A stretch of 64,000 bases of DNA from the human T2T-CHM13v2.0 reference genome, Homo sapiens: the NCBI RefSeq assembly GCF_009914755.1, contig NC_060938.1, one strand, 5' to 3'. The position numbers and the translations under genes were made by a program. This document shows, piece after piece, positions 13,430 through 34,830 of this stretch. The notes under the pieces were generated by a model. The model was given only the letters and a program-made list of their open reading frames with translations, was not told the DNA's origin and did not search any database. Numbering within the stretch: position 1 is the stretch's first letter; each line of letters starts with the position of its first letter.

Positions 13430-14410
13430 CTTGTTCAACATTTCCACCTGGAGGTGTAATAGACATTCACATTTAACAGCTCTAAAATGGGCCTCCTGAT
13501 ACACCCACTGCTAACCACCCCCTTCCCAATACATACACAAACTTGCTATTTCACCAGTCTTCTACCTCTAACCAAATGCTAATTCAATTTGTTTAGTAGT
13601 TCAGCCAAAAGCTTTGGGGTTATCCTTGATTCATCTCTTTCTTTAACAACCCACACACAGTTGAACAAAATCTATCAGCTCTCTGCTTGAAAAATATCCA
13701 GAATCATAATTTCCACCTGCTATCTCTCTGATCCAAACGACTACTGTAGCCTGGAATGTTGCAATACTGTCCTAAGTGGTCTCTGCCACTACCCCTGTAC
13801 CCCTAGTCGGACCTCCATGTAGCAGCCAGAGTGATTCTTGTAAAATGTAACTCAGAGTATATTACAGGAACTTCCCCATTCAGAACACTTCAATGGAATC
13901 TCTTCTCATTTAGAGGCAAAGCCATGGTCTGCAAGGCCTTGCACTCTCTGCATCCTCACTCTCTCTGCCCACCACTCTGACTTCATCTCTTACCGCCCTC
14001 CCTCTCAGTGCTTCTGGTGCAGCCATACTGGCCTCCTTGCTGTCCTTGAATATGATTAAAGAACTTCAGCACTTACTGTTTCTTCAACTTGGAATATTTC
14101 ATCCACAAGTCTCTCTGATTTGCCCTCTCACTTCTTTCAGGTCTCTACTAAGATGACACCTTATCAGAGAGACTTTCTTTGGCCATCACATATCAAATAG
14201 CAGCCTTCCCACAATACTATTTACTTCTTTAATCTGTTTTATTTTTCTGCAATCACTCAACCATATCTAATGCATATTTCTCCTTTCTAAGATTTAAGTA
14301 CCATAACAAAATTTTGTCTGTTTTGTTTGAACCTATACAGTACCTTGAAAAGTGGCTGACAGGTAATCAGTGCCTAATAAACATTTTTTGACTAAACGAA
14401 TCAATAAATG
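13430..14410 (+). mobile_element. L2 element, 3' portion
   Basis: Typical L2 body (ctactgtagcc...ctaagtggtctc) and 3' end gtgcctaataaacattttttgactaaacgaatcaat. Confidence 0.8.
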
Positions 14411-14449
14411 TCTCAGCAACATACACTTACTTTCCTTTTCTGAAATCTA

Positions 14450-14960
14450 TATCAATCCTTCAATCCTTCCTTTAGCCATTTCAAATATATTTATTTAGCA
14501 TTTAACACTTGCCAGGCACTGTGGTAGATGCTGAGGTAAAAAAAATTACATATGATATATTGTCTTTAGAGAACTGGCAATCTGGTGGGAGATGTGGACA
14601 ATTCGTGATTACAATATTTTGCCTGAGTATTCTGCTAGAGGCCAGTACAATATGCACTGGAGGAATACAAAAGAAGCATCTAGCTCTGTCTGGGTGCCAG
14701 GAAGGGGAGGGGTGGGGCTGGGTTAGGAAAGGCTTTCTGAGAAAGCTGTCCAAATGGTAATAGCAAGCATTTACTAAAGTGTTCACTGTTCTAACCACTG
14801 TACTAAGCACTTTATCTCACTACATTCTCCCAAGGGCTCCCTAGAATAGAATAATTATTATTCTCATTGACAGATAAAAAAATTGATTTACAGGGAGAAA
14901 CTGAGAGACTTTTTCAAACTGATACAACTAATAAGTAGTGGAGTCTAGTAAATGGTGGGA
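14450..14960 (-). mobile_element. L2 3' end followed by a MIR fragment
   Basis: atttatttagc...gccaggcactgtggtagatgctg (L2); attattctcattgacagat...actgag (MIR core). Confidence 0.65.
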
Positions 14961-15189
14961 CACATACCAGCATGTAACATCTATGTGAGCATGGATTTCT
15001 GTTTAGTGATATATCCTCAGCACCAAGAATAATGCCTATTTAATGAATACAGGAGTGAGTGAATGAGCTATGATGTGAATCCAAGTCTATTAGATCTCAA
15101 AGCCCAAGACTTTTAACAATCAAGCTACTGTCTGTCTGATGTGAGGGACAAGTAGAAACTCATGCACATGTAGAAAATGTAATTTGGCA

Positions 15190-20865
<5,676 letters not shown>

Positions 20866-21060
20866 GGTAGGTATCAAAAACATAACAATTCAAACTCTCT
20901 TTTAATTAAAGTTGGTTCTTGTATTGGTAGTAAGTAGGGAGCTTGGCTGGAGAGATGTGTACAAGTGTAGATGGAAGTCCCCGGGTAAAGCTCTTGTTTG
21001 GGAAGATTCATTTGATTGTATGACATGTTCCTCCATTCTCTCTCTCTCTGTCTCTGTCTT

Positions 21061-21093
<33 letters not shown>

Positions 21094-21098
21094 TTGTT
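21061..21098. repeat. (GTT)n microsatellite
   Basis: Directly visible, one interruption. Confidence 0.95.
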
Positions 21099-21814
21099 CT
21101 AAGAATCTAGAATGAAAACCACAAGGCCAGGGTTTGCTACCATGGACCACTCTCTCCTTTGCAGAAAGAGCTGCTTCTGAGTGAAATAGAAGGACAAGGG
21201 TGCCAAATTAACTCCTCTCCACAAAGTGACGCCACGTGGAAAAGTACTTGAGAAACTCTGTAAAGACGTGGTAAAAGCTTACCAAAGACAGTAGCATTAT
21301 CCTTTCCTTACACACAAAGTGGAGGGAAAGCGTGGGTAAGTGGTGTGTCTAAAAGCATTGCTTTAAATTATACATCCATTTGTAAACATTCATTTTTTCT
21401 TAACTACATGTCGTTTGTAAATTGGACAAAAAATGCATATTTGTCATGGAAAAATTAGGAAATAAAGATATTAGCATAAAAGAGGAAACAACGAATCTTA
21501 ATTACCCATAATCCCATGACTTCATGTTTGTGTGAGATTATATAATAATATTGTTTCATGATCTGTCATTTTCACTCAGTGACATATTTTGCACGTGAGA
21601 TATATTTTACTTAAATATTTGTATAATTTGAGTAGTTATTACCTTAAGACTACTGGAAAGAAATCCCTTAGTTCTTCTACTGCACTCATTTCTTCTCTAC
21701 AGCATTAATTTCTGGGGTAAATCCAGCTCTTTGGCTTGCATGGCCGTGTAGTTCTGAAGTTAGCTACGCAGAACTTAGCCACATTTCCCAGAATAGGATG
21801 TATGGTACAGCAGA

Positions 21815-22030
21815 ATTCTTATTGAACTTGAAGTCAGAAGAACTTGCTCCTTCACTTACTATGGGTGACCTTGGACAGTATACTTGATTTCTTTGAATCT
21901 CATCAGTGAAATGAGTATGGGAATGTCTACCTTAACTGTGTGATGACAGAATTTGTGAGGATGAACTGAACAACTATATAAAAGTGGGAAATGCTGAAGA
22001 GCTCTACAAATGAAAGACATTAATAATATT
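21815..22030 (+). mobile_element. MIR fragment
   Basis: cacttactatgggtgaccttggacag...aatctcatcagtgaaatg. Confidence 0.6.
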
Positions 22031-23607
22031 AACTGAAATAGATTCCATAAATACTATGTGTAAGATCCTACCTTGATTTACCTCATTTATTCATCAAATC
22101 CACTGTCTGACAGAAGTATTATCATTAGTTATATTTTATAGTCTAAACAAATCTAGGCAGAAAGGTCAAATAATTTGCATAAGCTCACACAATCAGTGAC
22201 TTAGATTTGATCCAATCTATTTCATTCTATAGTGTCGGTCCTTTCCCCCGATAGTAGTAAAAACTGTGGGCTCCATTGTTAGCCTGCCTGAGATCAGACG
22301 CCATCTCCAACTAGGCAAGTTACCTTTTCTGCCTGTTTCACTCTTCAAAAATTAGAGATACAATAATACCGACCTGATTTCTTTGGGTTTCATAAGTAGG
22401 AAATAAAATAATACATAGAAAAGACTTGGAATATTGCCTGACACAAAATAGTTGCCTTAAAACGTTAATTATTATTATTTTCAATGTTGCCAAGAGAACA
22501 AACCCTGTGGTGGTGAATTTGCATATGTAAACCTGTTAAACTAATACACAGTCTTTCTTTTCTCATAATATTGTCGCACTTGCACTTTATGTCCTAAGTT
22601 TTCTAGTAATCTTGAATGTACATAATGTTTGGTTGTACAAATAAATTTTCCTTTGTGAGGGAATTAGTTGTAATTGAGGGTAGAGTCAAAGTTTGTTCAG
22701 CTTAGTGAGCATTTAAAGGGAGCTAATAAACACCATGACTTGTATTTGAAAGTAGAAAATACCGACTTTCAATTGTCATTTCCCCCAAGGAAACCATTAA
22801 CCAGCACAATTATTTTTAAATATCAACCTGAAATAACACTGTATTTTTATTGCTATTCTTTCTCTCTCCTTCTCTCTCTTTGGGATACAGTTTGGCTTTG
22901 AAAAAATATGGTATATATGCAGTGTTTGGTCAAATAATTTAGCACTATGGAAAAGGTTGTGAACCAGTCATAGTATTTGAGGTTGTAAGAAGAAACCTTT
23001 GCAAAGGTAGTGGCTGCACAAATGTATTAACTTAGTAATACAAAGTAGGGAGTTCTGAAACTGTGGTGGAAATATTGCCTGCCTTGACTACCTGTTCTTC
23101 TTGAGTCCGTTTGCTGATCAGAACTCAGGTAACTTAAAAGTCATACACCCTGGAAAGGAGTAAAGAAAGAGGAAAGATCCTCAGCGGCTATACAAGTGAG
23201 AGATATGGCAGAGTTCTAATAACATTGAGTAAAAGCTTGATACTGTCTTACATGAAAGGAGCAAATAATTGTTCTACCTGGAATGTCCGGGCCCCAATTC
23301 ACAAATGCATTCTTACCTTTTGAACTGAATAATGATCTCTTTCCCAATAAACTGTTCTAAGACAAAAAATCTGAAAGGAAAATTGTTGCACACACATCAT
23401 ATTCTTATATTCTGTATTTTCTGGGACAGTCTGTTTCAGATTAGATGATGAGTCCTAATTTAGGTTTGCAAAATATTATCAAGGCAAATCTTTATGAAGA
23501 TTTTATTGAGATATTATTTTATAACAAAAAAATGGGATAACTGTAATGTTCAACAAAAAGATTGGTGGTAGAAGGAAGGAAGATGTTGGAGTGTTCAGTA
23601 ACCTTAC

Positions 23608-23742
23608 CCCAGAATGCTGCAGTACAAATTCTGTGAGAAGTCATTCTTGTGTAGTAGAGGCATTCATTTTTCTCCTAATATCCCTTCTGAAAATTCCCTT
23701 TTACTAGTCAGCTCTTAGCTTCTTGAAAGGAAGGCCCTTTGT
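23608..23742 (-). other. Candidate internal exon about 1 kb downstream of OR11H2
   Basis: Donor GGG|gtaagg at 23608/23607; weak acceptors at 23743 or 23687; contains an ATG at 23644. Confidence 0.3.
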
Positions 23743-24769
23743 CTAGGACAATGTTCATCTCACCACATAAAAATTCACAATTCATGGCACATTAGTTCAA
23801 TAAAATATTATGCTTTCTATGAATGATAATTATAAAAACTTGCTATAAATGGGAGCGAGTTTAACATTAAATCACATGAAACAGACATATTAACAAAAAT
23901 AGATACATTAGAGCAATTGAATTATAAATGCTTTTTTCCTTCAAAAATTTTCCTTCATGTTATTTTCACATTCTTTTAGCAGCAAATGACAATGAACTGC
24001 CATTGATTTTATTTTATTTTTTGAACTTAAGTAGTGTATCCACAAGTACACCATTGCCCTGTCCAATCTTTAGGGGAGATATTCTATTATCTAAAACTCG
24101 GTAAATTGACCTATCATGTTGTTGGTGATATCTTATTTAGGTAAAAATATTAGGTATTTAGAACAATGCATTTCTGAATATTTTGACTGATATTATTATA
24201 GATGGATTTAGAATCTGCCCTTTAGGGGTCCAGAAGGAGGTAATGTTTGGATATCATTAGGCTAGAATATTTTATTGTCCTACAAAAATGTTGATAAATT
24301 GCTTATAAGGGCTTATGTATTAGTAATGACCATGTCACCAAAATAATAAACCCAAATATGATAAGAATCACAATCAGAAAATATATTTTTTCTTCTTTTA
24401 TTTACAACCAACCAAACAAAATAACATAGCTATAATTTTGTCAATCTCAGAACAATAAATTTAAGTAAAATAGAACATAAAGAATTTTTATCACAGATGA
24501 ATCAGATGGAAACTATCCAGAAAACACCCAAATATGTGTATTCCTCAGTTAATACTCAGTCTAGGTGCCAAAGGGAAACCACACGCTTCCATTTATCTAT
24601 ATGATTTGGCAACTTTAATTTGTAAGGGGTCCAACAGGTGTTTAATTTCATAGGCTGATATAGTCAATATCACTAGGTCCATATTTTTTAGATTTCAATA
24701 ACTATATAATTCTGATTTCTCTTTGTTAGACTGTACTGATCTGATCATGGAGGAATAATCTAATATGCC

Positions 24770-25750
24770 TTAGATTATGTTGGAACTCCCCAGAACTTTC
24801 CTCAGGGCTGCCTTTATCTCCTTATTCTGGAGGCTATAGATAAGGGGATTGAAGAGTGGGGTCACCATAGCATAGAACAAAGTTTCAATTTTCTGCATCC
24901 CTGTAGAATGTCCGAGTCCTGGGCTCACATACATGACCATAAGAGGGCTATAGCACAGTGATACCACAGCCAAATGAGACCCACAGGTAGAGAAGGCCTT
25001 ATGTCTCCCAGTGCTTGAAGGCATACCCAACACAGCTTTCAGGACAAGAGTATAGGATCCAATAATAAAGAGGAAGTTACCAAAAATAACTAATGAGCTT
25101 AGAGTGTAGCAAAACAGTTGGATTCTTGGGGCAGAAACACAATCCAATGCAAATAGTGGCCCTGGGTCACACACAACATGGTCAATAATGTTTGGGCCAC
25201 AGAAGGGCTTCTGAGAGATGAGAACAATGGGGATCAGGAACCACAGAAATCCACAAACCCAGCACAGTATGACCAGTTTGGCATAGAGATGCCCAGTCAT
25301 GATATTAGGATAGAGCAAGGGACGGCAGATAGCAAGGTACTGATCAAAGGCCATCACAGTCAAAAGCAAGCATTCTGATGTACCCAAAGAGAAGAAGAAA
25401 TAAAACTGGAGAAAACATCCAGCAAAGGAGATGTTTTTTTTCTCTGAAAGGAAGTTGACCAACATCTTGGGAACTGTAGAAGAGACATACCATATCTCTA
25501 AAAAGGAGAAATTTCCCAGGAACATGTACATGGGAGTGTGAAGTCGCCGGTCACACCACAGGACAAAAGCAATGGCTCCATTCCCTGTTATAGTCAGTGC
25601 ATATGTTGTAGTAAAGAGTGAGAAGAGGAAGATCTGAATTGTCCACTCACAAGAGAAACCTTGGAGTATAAATTCATTTACAAAAGCAAAGCTGGAATTT
25701 GGCTCAGAGACATTCATTAGGCCAGTGACATGCAAGGTCAAGGGACACAT
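24770..25750 (-). CDS. OR11H2: Olfactory receptor family 11 subfamily H (OR11H2), 326 aa (315 aa from Met12 at 25717)
   Basis: LHTPMYMFLGNFS, MAFDQYLAICRPL, KAFSTCGSHL, PLFNPLIYS; the N-terminus MCPLTLHVTG matches recalled OR11H2 rather than OR11H1/OR11H12 (LQVTG). Confidence 0.88.
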   Translation of the reverse strand: MCPLTLHVTGLMNVSEPNSSFAFVNEFILQGFSCEWTIQIFLFSLFTTTYALTITGNGAIAFVLWCDRRLHTPMYMFLGNFSFLEIWYVSSTVPKMLVNFLSEKKNISFAGCFLQFYFFFSLGTSECLLLTVMAFDQYLAICRPLLYPNIMTGHLYAKLVILCWVCGFLWFLIPIVLISQKPFCGPNIIDHVVCDPGPLFALDCVSAPRIQLFCYTLSSLVIFGNFLFIIGSYTLVLKAVLGMPSSTGRHKAFSTCGSHLAVVSLCYSPLMVMYVSPGLGHSTGMQKIETLFYAMVTPLFNPLIYSLQNKEIKAALRKVLGSSNII

Positions 25751-27235
25751 TATCAGTCAGGACTCTTTTATAAAATGTGTTCCTTTTTTAAGAATGAAGA
25801 GAAGATAATGAACATGAAGTCATTTTTCAAAAGAATAATTAGGAAGAGAATGTAGTTTACTTTTTCTCGGCTATACAGTATATGAGTTTTGGGCTTCGTA
25901 GGTAGCTGATTGAACAAAAACAAACTTCTGCCATCTTCTAAATCTCTCCTTAATATGCAATCGTGATAGAACTAGGTAAAGTTAAATTCCTTTTGTAAGG
26001 TCATTATTTTGAGACAGAAATGATTGAATATAGTTTCTGGATAGCATACAACTCAAAGTTAGTACTTTGAGAAGGCACAAATGTGTTAGTTTCTTACTGC
26101 AAACCCAACTTATGGTGCAATAGACTCAGTAAAGAAAGTTTTGACCATTTACATTTCAGCTAAACATATTACTTAACATTATTTACATATGCAAAAGAAA
26201 TGCACATATTTTAAAATAAATTGGTAGCAATCACGTTAAAGCCATTATCTCTGAATTTCTATTGCTGCTGTTGTTAGCTTAAGTGATTATCTAATGTTAC
26301 TCACCAATATTGATTTTTAATATTAATATTGTAAAGCTGCAATGTTTTCTGTAGAAAGCAAAGGCTTTAAGCTTCTGATTAATCTTTTACTTTAATTTCA
26401 TAAACTGATATAGTGATTATTATATTGATAAAATCAATATAATATTGATTTAGTCATTATGTACAAAAGTTTGCAAAGATCTAGACATTAAACTTTACTT
26501 TTGAAGGTATTTCATAAAATTTTGAGATTGATTTTCCTTATATGCTTTTTTTAAAATTGAAAATTTTTACCAGATGACAGAAATCAAACACTTATTTTGT
26601 TATAGGTAAACTTCCTTCTTCCTACATTCTTATAAAAATATATTAGGGATTTGAGTTACCTGGAAAAAACTTTTCTTTTCCTCAGAAATATGGAGGGATG
26701 TGAGTCCTAGATATCAAGAGGACATTTTGAGCAGAAACACAAATTTTCAAAAGTTTTTCTTCCAACTTGCTCTCTACACCAGTGCTCTGGGAAGTCTTTT
26801 CGTATGACTAGTTAGAAGTTATGTTTGTGCTTCTTTTAGTAATATATGTCTCTTTAATAGGCTTCCAACCAGAATCATTAATAAACCAACATTAAGAAAT
26901 TATGGAATGAAAAGGGATTGACACAGGAGTGTCATGATTCTCAGCAGTGCTCAAAAGGTGAAGCCATCATCGTTTTGACAGGAACCAAATCTCTAAATGA
27001 TTTATTTTATAAATCATATTATGTCTTCAGCTAGACAGAGTTTTATTGTGGCCCCAAAATTAAAAATGCACTTTATGAAACTCACATTCTCCTGGGATGT
27101 AGCCTCTATAGCATTAGGAAAGTTATCTTCCAAGATGAATCTTTAAAAAGTTAATGATTACATATTCTCTGAAGAATCAGTAAAGAGTAATGACAACTAT
27201 TCTAAGGCATCATTATTTACAAAGAGCTTGCCCAC

Positions 27236-27271
27236 CAGACGGATTCCAGAAAATCTTCTGGAAGACACAGT
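27236..27271 (-). other. Candidate OR11H2 5'UTR exon
   Basis: Strong acceptor ttttgtatcttatttctcctcag|; modest donor CTG|gtgggc. Confidence 0.35.
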
Positions 27272-28154
27272 CTGAGGAGAAATAAGATACAAAATGTTAC
27301 CAAAAGTTTTGACATAATGTTTAGGAACATTTCAAGTGTTACTGTGCATATATTGGAGGATATACAGCCCAGTGAGGAAAATACTGAGGTTCCAACATTG
27401 TCACACATTGAACAAAAACTTACAGAATTTAGAAATAACTTTTAGAAGGATGGCACTTTTTTGCCAGAATCCTTTAGATATGAGAAGAAAGTATAAGAAG
27501 TAGCAACATTTAAGTTAATTAACAGAAATACTTCAGAGGAACATGTGATTTCCCAATTAATAGAGAGAAGTATTTACTTGTATTTATTAGTGTCTCTTCT
27601 ATTTTTACTTTATGACATTTAGGGGCCAACATAGTGTAACTAAACACTCATGTGTGAGTGAATGCTCATACCAAGTGCTGTGAAGTAGTTGAGGACATCA
27701 GGGATGTATGCCCTAGGACCACAGACATCTGTCTAAAAGCAAACTTCCACTTTGAGAGACTACAGAGGAAAATGTTTATTCAGACCTTTATTATCACTTA
27801 GTCATAATACTTAGAAACTTCTAAAACATAGCTTTGATATTCTCGTCTGCTCAAAAGCTGTCAATGATTTCAAGTTCCCAAGTTCTCCACAAATTGACTT
27901 CAAATGACTTTCTTGGTGTTATTTTTCCCTACTCTCTTTTGCAGATAAATTAGACAGTAGACAGCATTTCATTCTCTGAATAGCTTCAGTTTCTTATGTT
28001 CTCTTCTTTGTGATCATTTTCTGTATTTGGAATTCTATTTATCTCCATCTACATCTGTACAAACCCTCCTTCAAGGTCCAGTTCAAAAGACATTTTTTTT
28101 TTTCCCAAAATGTTTTCCTCTCTTCCCCTAACCAAAGCACATTTTCCATTGTTG

Positions 28155-28155
<1 letters not shown>

Positions 28156-28186
<31 letters not shown>

Positions 28187-28464
28187 AGACAGAATCTCGC
28201 TCTGTCCCCAGGCTGAATGCAGTGTCATGATCTCAGCTCACTGCAACCTCTGCCTCCCAGGTTCAAACAATTCTTCTGCTTCAGCCTCCTGAGTAGCTGG
28301 GAATGCAGGCATGCGCCACCACACCCAGCTAATTTTTGTATTTTTAGTACAAACGGGGTTTCACCGTGTTGACCAGGATGGTCTCTATCTCTTGACCTTG
28401 TCATCCACCTGCCTTGGCCTCCTGAAGTGCTGGGATTACAGGCATGAGCCACTGCACCCAGCCC
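28156..28464 (-). mobile_element. Alu (AluS-type)
   Basis: Poly(T) followed by antisense Alu. Confidence 0.95.
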
Positions 28465-28539
28465 CATCCTTGCATTTTTATTTTACCATCTTTGTGTCTT
28501 TGTCATGATACTAATCACAAGCTGCCTTATATCAGTATT

Positions 28540-28950
28540 CATCCATGATATTGGCTTGAAGTTTTTTTTTTTGTTGTTGTGTCTCTACCAGGTTTTGGTA
28601 TCAGGATGATGCTGGCCTCATAGAATGAGTTGGACAGGGGTCCCTCCTCCTCAGTTTTTTTGGAATCATTTCAGCAAAAATGGTACTGGCTCTTCTTTGC
28701 ATATCTGGTAGAATTTGGCTGTGAATCCATCTAGTCTTGAGCTTTTTAAAATATATATATTTTTTGGTTGGTAGGCTATTTATTACAGATGCAATTTTGG
28801 AGCACGTTATTGGTGTGTCCAGGAAGTTCCCCATCTCTTACAGGTTTTCAAGTTTGTGTGCATAGAGGTGTTTGTAGTAGTTTCTGATGGTTATTTTTTA
28901 TTTCTGTGGGGTCAGTGGTAATATGGTCTTTTTCATTTCTAACTGTGATG
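28540..28950 (-). mobile_element. L1 ORF2 fragment
   Basis: ggttttggtatcaggatgatgctggcctcatagaatgagtt (antisense L1). Confidence 0.85.
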
Positions 28951-29908
28951 TTTCTTTCAAAAGATTAGAATAACTAGTAAAAATTATACTTATTCTGAAT
29001 ATGGCTTCTAGGTGTTATTAAATGTTTACACCTTTAATTTACTCTGGTCAACAGTATAAGTTACCTTTGGGGCTTTTTTCTTAAATAATCTTGTCACTAA
29101 ATCACTATACTTAATAAACAGCCTAGTTAAATGAACATGCATTTGAACATTAGACTCTAGAGAGACAAGATTAATTAACCTTTGACACAAGAAGCTCACA
29201 GTGCAACAGGCCACTGTGATAGGACAAAAGTCCTAGGAAGTCTATGTCGGCAAAATCCCACCTAAGGGCTAAACTTTAAGCTCTATTCACGTTTAGCTAA
29301 TTAAGTAAATATACCACCATCCCATGCTGATAGTGATGGGCAGTCAAGGGGGAGGTTGACTTCTACAGGGAGGTGGGAGGAGGATGTGTTTCTGCACTTT
29401 GCTTCTTCAATCAGGCACTCTGTGACTTCTTCATTTCCTTCCTCTCCTCTTTAAGCCCTGGCACGTTGGCTCAGAAGCACAAGAGGGCAGGATAATCCTC
29501 ATTGTCTCATTCACACTGACTGAAGCCCTGGGCTTTGAAATACACACTCACTCCTCCCAAGCTCTACTCACTAATGCTGGGAGCAATTTAGAGCAAATGT
29601 TATCCAAAGTGACATTACCTAGATCACTAGGTTCTTTCTTTCACCCACCTCCAATCCTGCTGTTCTTTCAGTTCTAAGTCAAGGATACTACAAGTTTACA
29701 CTTTGCAGGAGCCCCTGGAATATTTGAGGTTTCATACTGCACATCAAAACTATTTCTCACTGACACAATCATCTATTAAAAATTTTGTTGAATTTCTGCC
29801 ATTTTAATGGCTATCTATCTGCCTTCGTTGAACTTCTTGGTATTATAGTAGTCAGTGTGCTTCCAAATTAATCCCAATTCGTTTACTTTTATTTTAAGAT
29901 GAAATGTA

Positions 29909-30188
29909 GGCCGAGCATGGTGGCTCACACCTGTAATCCCAGCACTTTGGGAGGCTGAGGCGGGCGGATCATGAGGTCAGGAGTTCGAGACCAGCCTGGC
30001 CAACATAGGGAAACCTGGTCTCTACTAAAAATACAAAACAAACTAGCCAGGCATGGTGGCGGGTGCCTGTAATCCCAGCTACTTGGGATGCTGAGGCAAG
30101 GAGAATCATTTGAACCTGGGAGGCGGAAGTTGCAGTGAGCCGAAGTCGCACCACTGCACTCCAGCCTGGGTGACAGTGCGAGACTCCG

Positions 30189-30222
<34 letters not shown>
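29909..30222 (+). mobile_element. Alu (AluS/Y-type)
   Basis: Full Alu, long A-tail, TSD aagatg(a/t)aatgta. Confidence 0.95.
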
Positions 30223-30224
<2 letters not shown>

Positions 30225-30599
30225 TGTAATGTAGCTTAGAAACCATTCTTCCATAAAACCAAAACCATATCTCTTTAAGAGGATGTTGGAAAATCAGCCT
30301 TTCTCATAAAGTGGTTTCCCCCACAAATTTAAACACATTACTCCATTATAAGTTTAGAGACTATTTTAAAAAACTATTATGCTTCAGCTTTTCCTGCACC
30401 TTTCTCTTTCTTGTCTCTTACTTCCTTCTCTGTGATCTGGTCCAACAATTATTGCCATGGCAACAAAGGCTCTGTGACATCTCTAGTAAGCTCATTGTCT
30501 TCTGCCGTATTAAACTTTAATGGGTAGCTGGTAGACAATTAACACTCTGGGAGGGCTCAAACCACATAACCAAATGTGCCAAGATAATCCTGAGCTCAC

Positions 30600-30930
30600 T
30601 CATTGTCAGGTAAGACAAAGTATTTTAGCGCAATAGCAAACAATTAATTAAACAAACAAAAACAGGAAGCCTTTCTTGGGCCAGGAAGCCATTAATTAGC
30701 TAAGCTCAGAGCCACTCATTGAAACTAGGTCCTGACTGGGTTTCTGGATTTGACCACTGGGCAGAAACTAGGACCCGAAACCAATTAGAATGAAATGGTC
30801 CCCAGATATTGTTTTCATGTAAGGATAGGTTTGGAAGTATCCAGACTTAGTGGTGGGCCAGGCCTCCCCTGTGAGCAGTACAGTTCAGGACACCTGGACT
30901 GCCCTTTCCCTCTGCCTTCCCTAGGGTAAT
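30600..30930 (-). promoter_or_regulatory. Candidate OR11H2 promoter / first exon
   Basis: EBF (O/E)-like TCCCTAGGG at 30918-30926, homeodomain TAATTA sites near 30645 and 30693, minus-strand donor-like tga|gtgagc near 30600; about 5 kb upstream of the CDS. Confidence 0.3.
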
Positions 30931-31513
30931 GTGAATGGCTTAGTCTTTCGTGTTCCCATCTGTAACATGGAGGAGGAAGAGAAGAGCCTCATTGCACATA
31001 TTGGGTCATTAAGATTGATCTTAGAACCATAATTTACAATATTTTGAAGTTAGGTTTGATTTTTACCATTCCACTACTCCTCTCTCCCAATATGTTGTGC
31101 CAAATTGTAAGTAATTTGCAATTAAAACACATTGAAGACATATATTTGAGCTGTTAGAGAGTCTCACCTACCTTTGAGGTAACTTTTTGTACTTTAGGTT
31201 TTCTCAATTCAGAGTTTTGAGTCCTTAAATCAGTGTTGGGTACTGATAAAATTTTGACACATAAAGTTAATTGCCTAAGCTTAGTAAATGGGGGACAGGC
31301 TTGCTTATCAACAGTCTTTGCGGTGTTTTATGCTGAAAAAGCCTTGAGGCTCAGACTCAGCCCACAGCTCTCTGCATTCCCTCCACCTCCCTTCTATGTC
31401 TTTCATGTGTATCCTTTACAGCAATTTTTTTTTGTGTGAGTTCTTTTCCTTTTTGAGATCTCTCTTAAGGTTAATGGTGTACAGTAGATATCCAGAACTT
31501 ATTCATCCTTTTT

Positions 31514-33991
<2,478 letters not shown>

Positions 33992-34494
33992 TAGTTAGGG
34001 AAAGCCTCAATGAAAAGGTTGGGATTTTGGGATGCTGATAATATTCAGTTTCTTGAACTAGGTACCTTTACACAGGAGTATCAGTTGATAACAATTCATT
34101 GAGAAATATACTTATGAGCAGAGATATATTTGACTGTTTGGTGAGACATTCTGGAGTTTAAGCTGTCACTTAAACCAGTTACAATTTTCCATAGGGAGCT
34201 ACTCTGTCACTTGGGTCTTTTCCCAATTAAGCAAGGCTACTTTCCATGGAATCATTATCCAGTATATGAGATTAACTTGGCACTTGTTCAATATGTGCTT
34301 GCTTTATAATAGGTGATTGAATATTTTTTATTTTATATTTTAAAAACTGTATGTATTTGTGGCATACAAGATGATTTTTTGATATGTATACATGGTGAAA
34401 CGATTAATTCAAACTAACATATTTATCACTTCCACATACTTTCATTTTATTGTATGAGAACATTTAAAATCTCTTCTAAAAACTTCAAGTATAC

Positions 34495-34830
34495 TTTTGG
34501 CCCTATGTTTCCATGAGTTCCACATTCAGGCATCCAACCAACTGGATAGAAACTATTAGGACAAAAAACCCACAAAAAATACAATAAAAGCAGTAAAAAT
34601 AAAAAAATACGTTATAACAACTATTTATAAAACATTTATGTTTTATTAGTATTATAAGTAATCTATAGATGATTTAAAGTGTATGGAAGAATATGCATAG
34701 GTTACATGCAAATATAAAATTACATCATTTTATATAAGGGACTTGAACATCCCAGGATTTCGGTGTCCTTGGGGAGTCCTGGAACAAATCGCCCCCCAGA
34801 TATTGCAGATATTTAGGGACAATGGTATAA
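34495..34830 (-). mobile_element. MER2 (Tigger) fossil inserted in an L1M 3' end
   Basis: ggggagtcctggaacaaatc...agggacaatg-ta terminus and typical MER2 body. Confidence 0.7.

Noticed and set aside
8000-15000. Additional FAR2 exons or other duplicon pseudogene exons
   Set aside because: No translated match to neighbouring FAR2 exons could be recognised by eye; a tBLASTn search would be needed to exclude them
20902-21150. PolyQ-containing ORF
   Set aside because: Translation of the (GTT)n and (TC)n microsatellites
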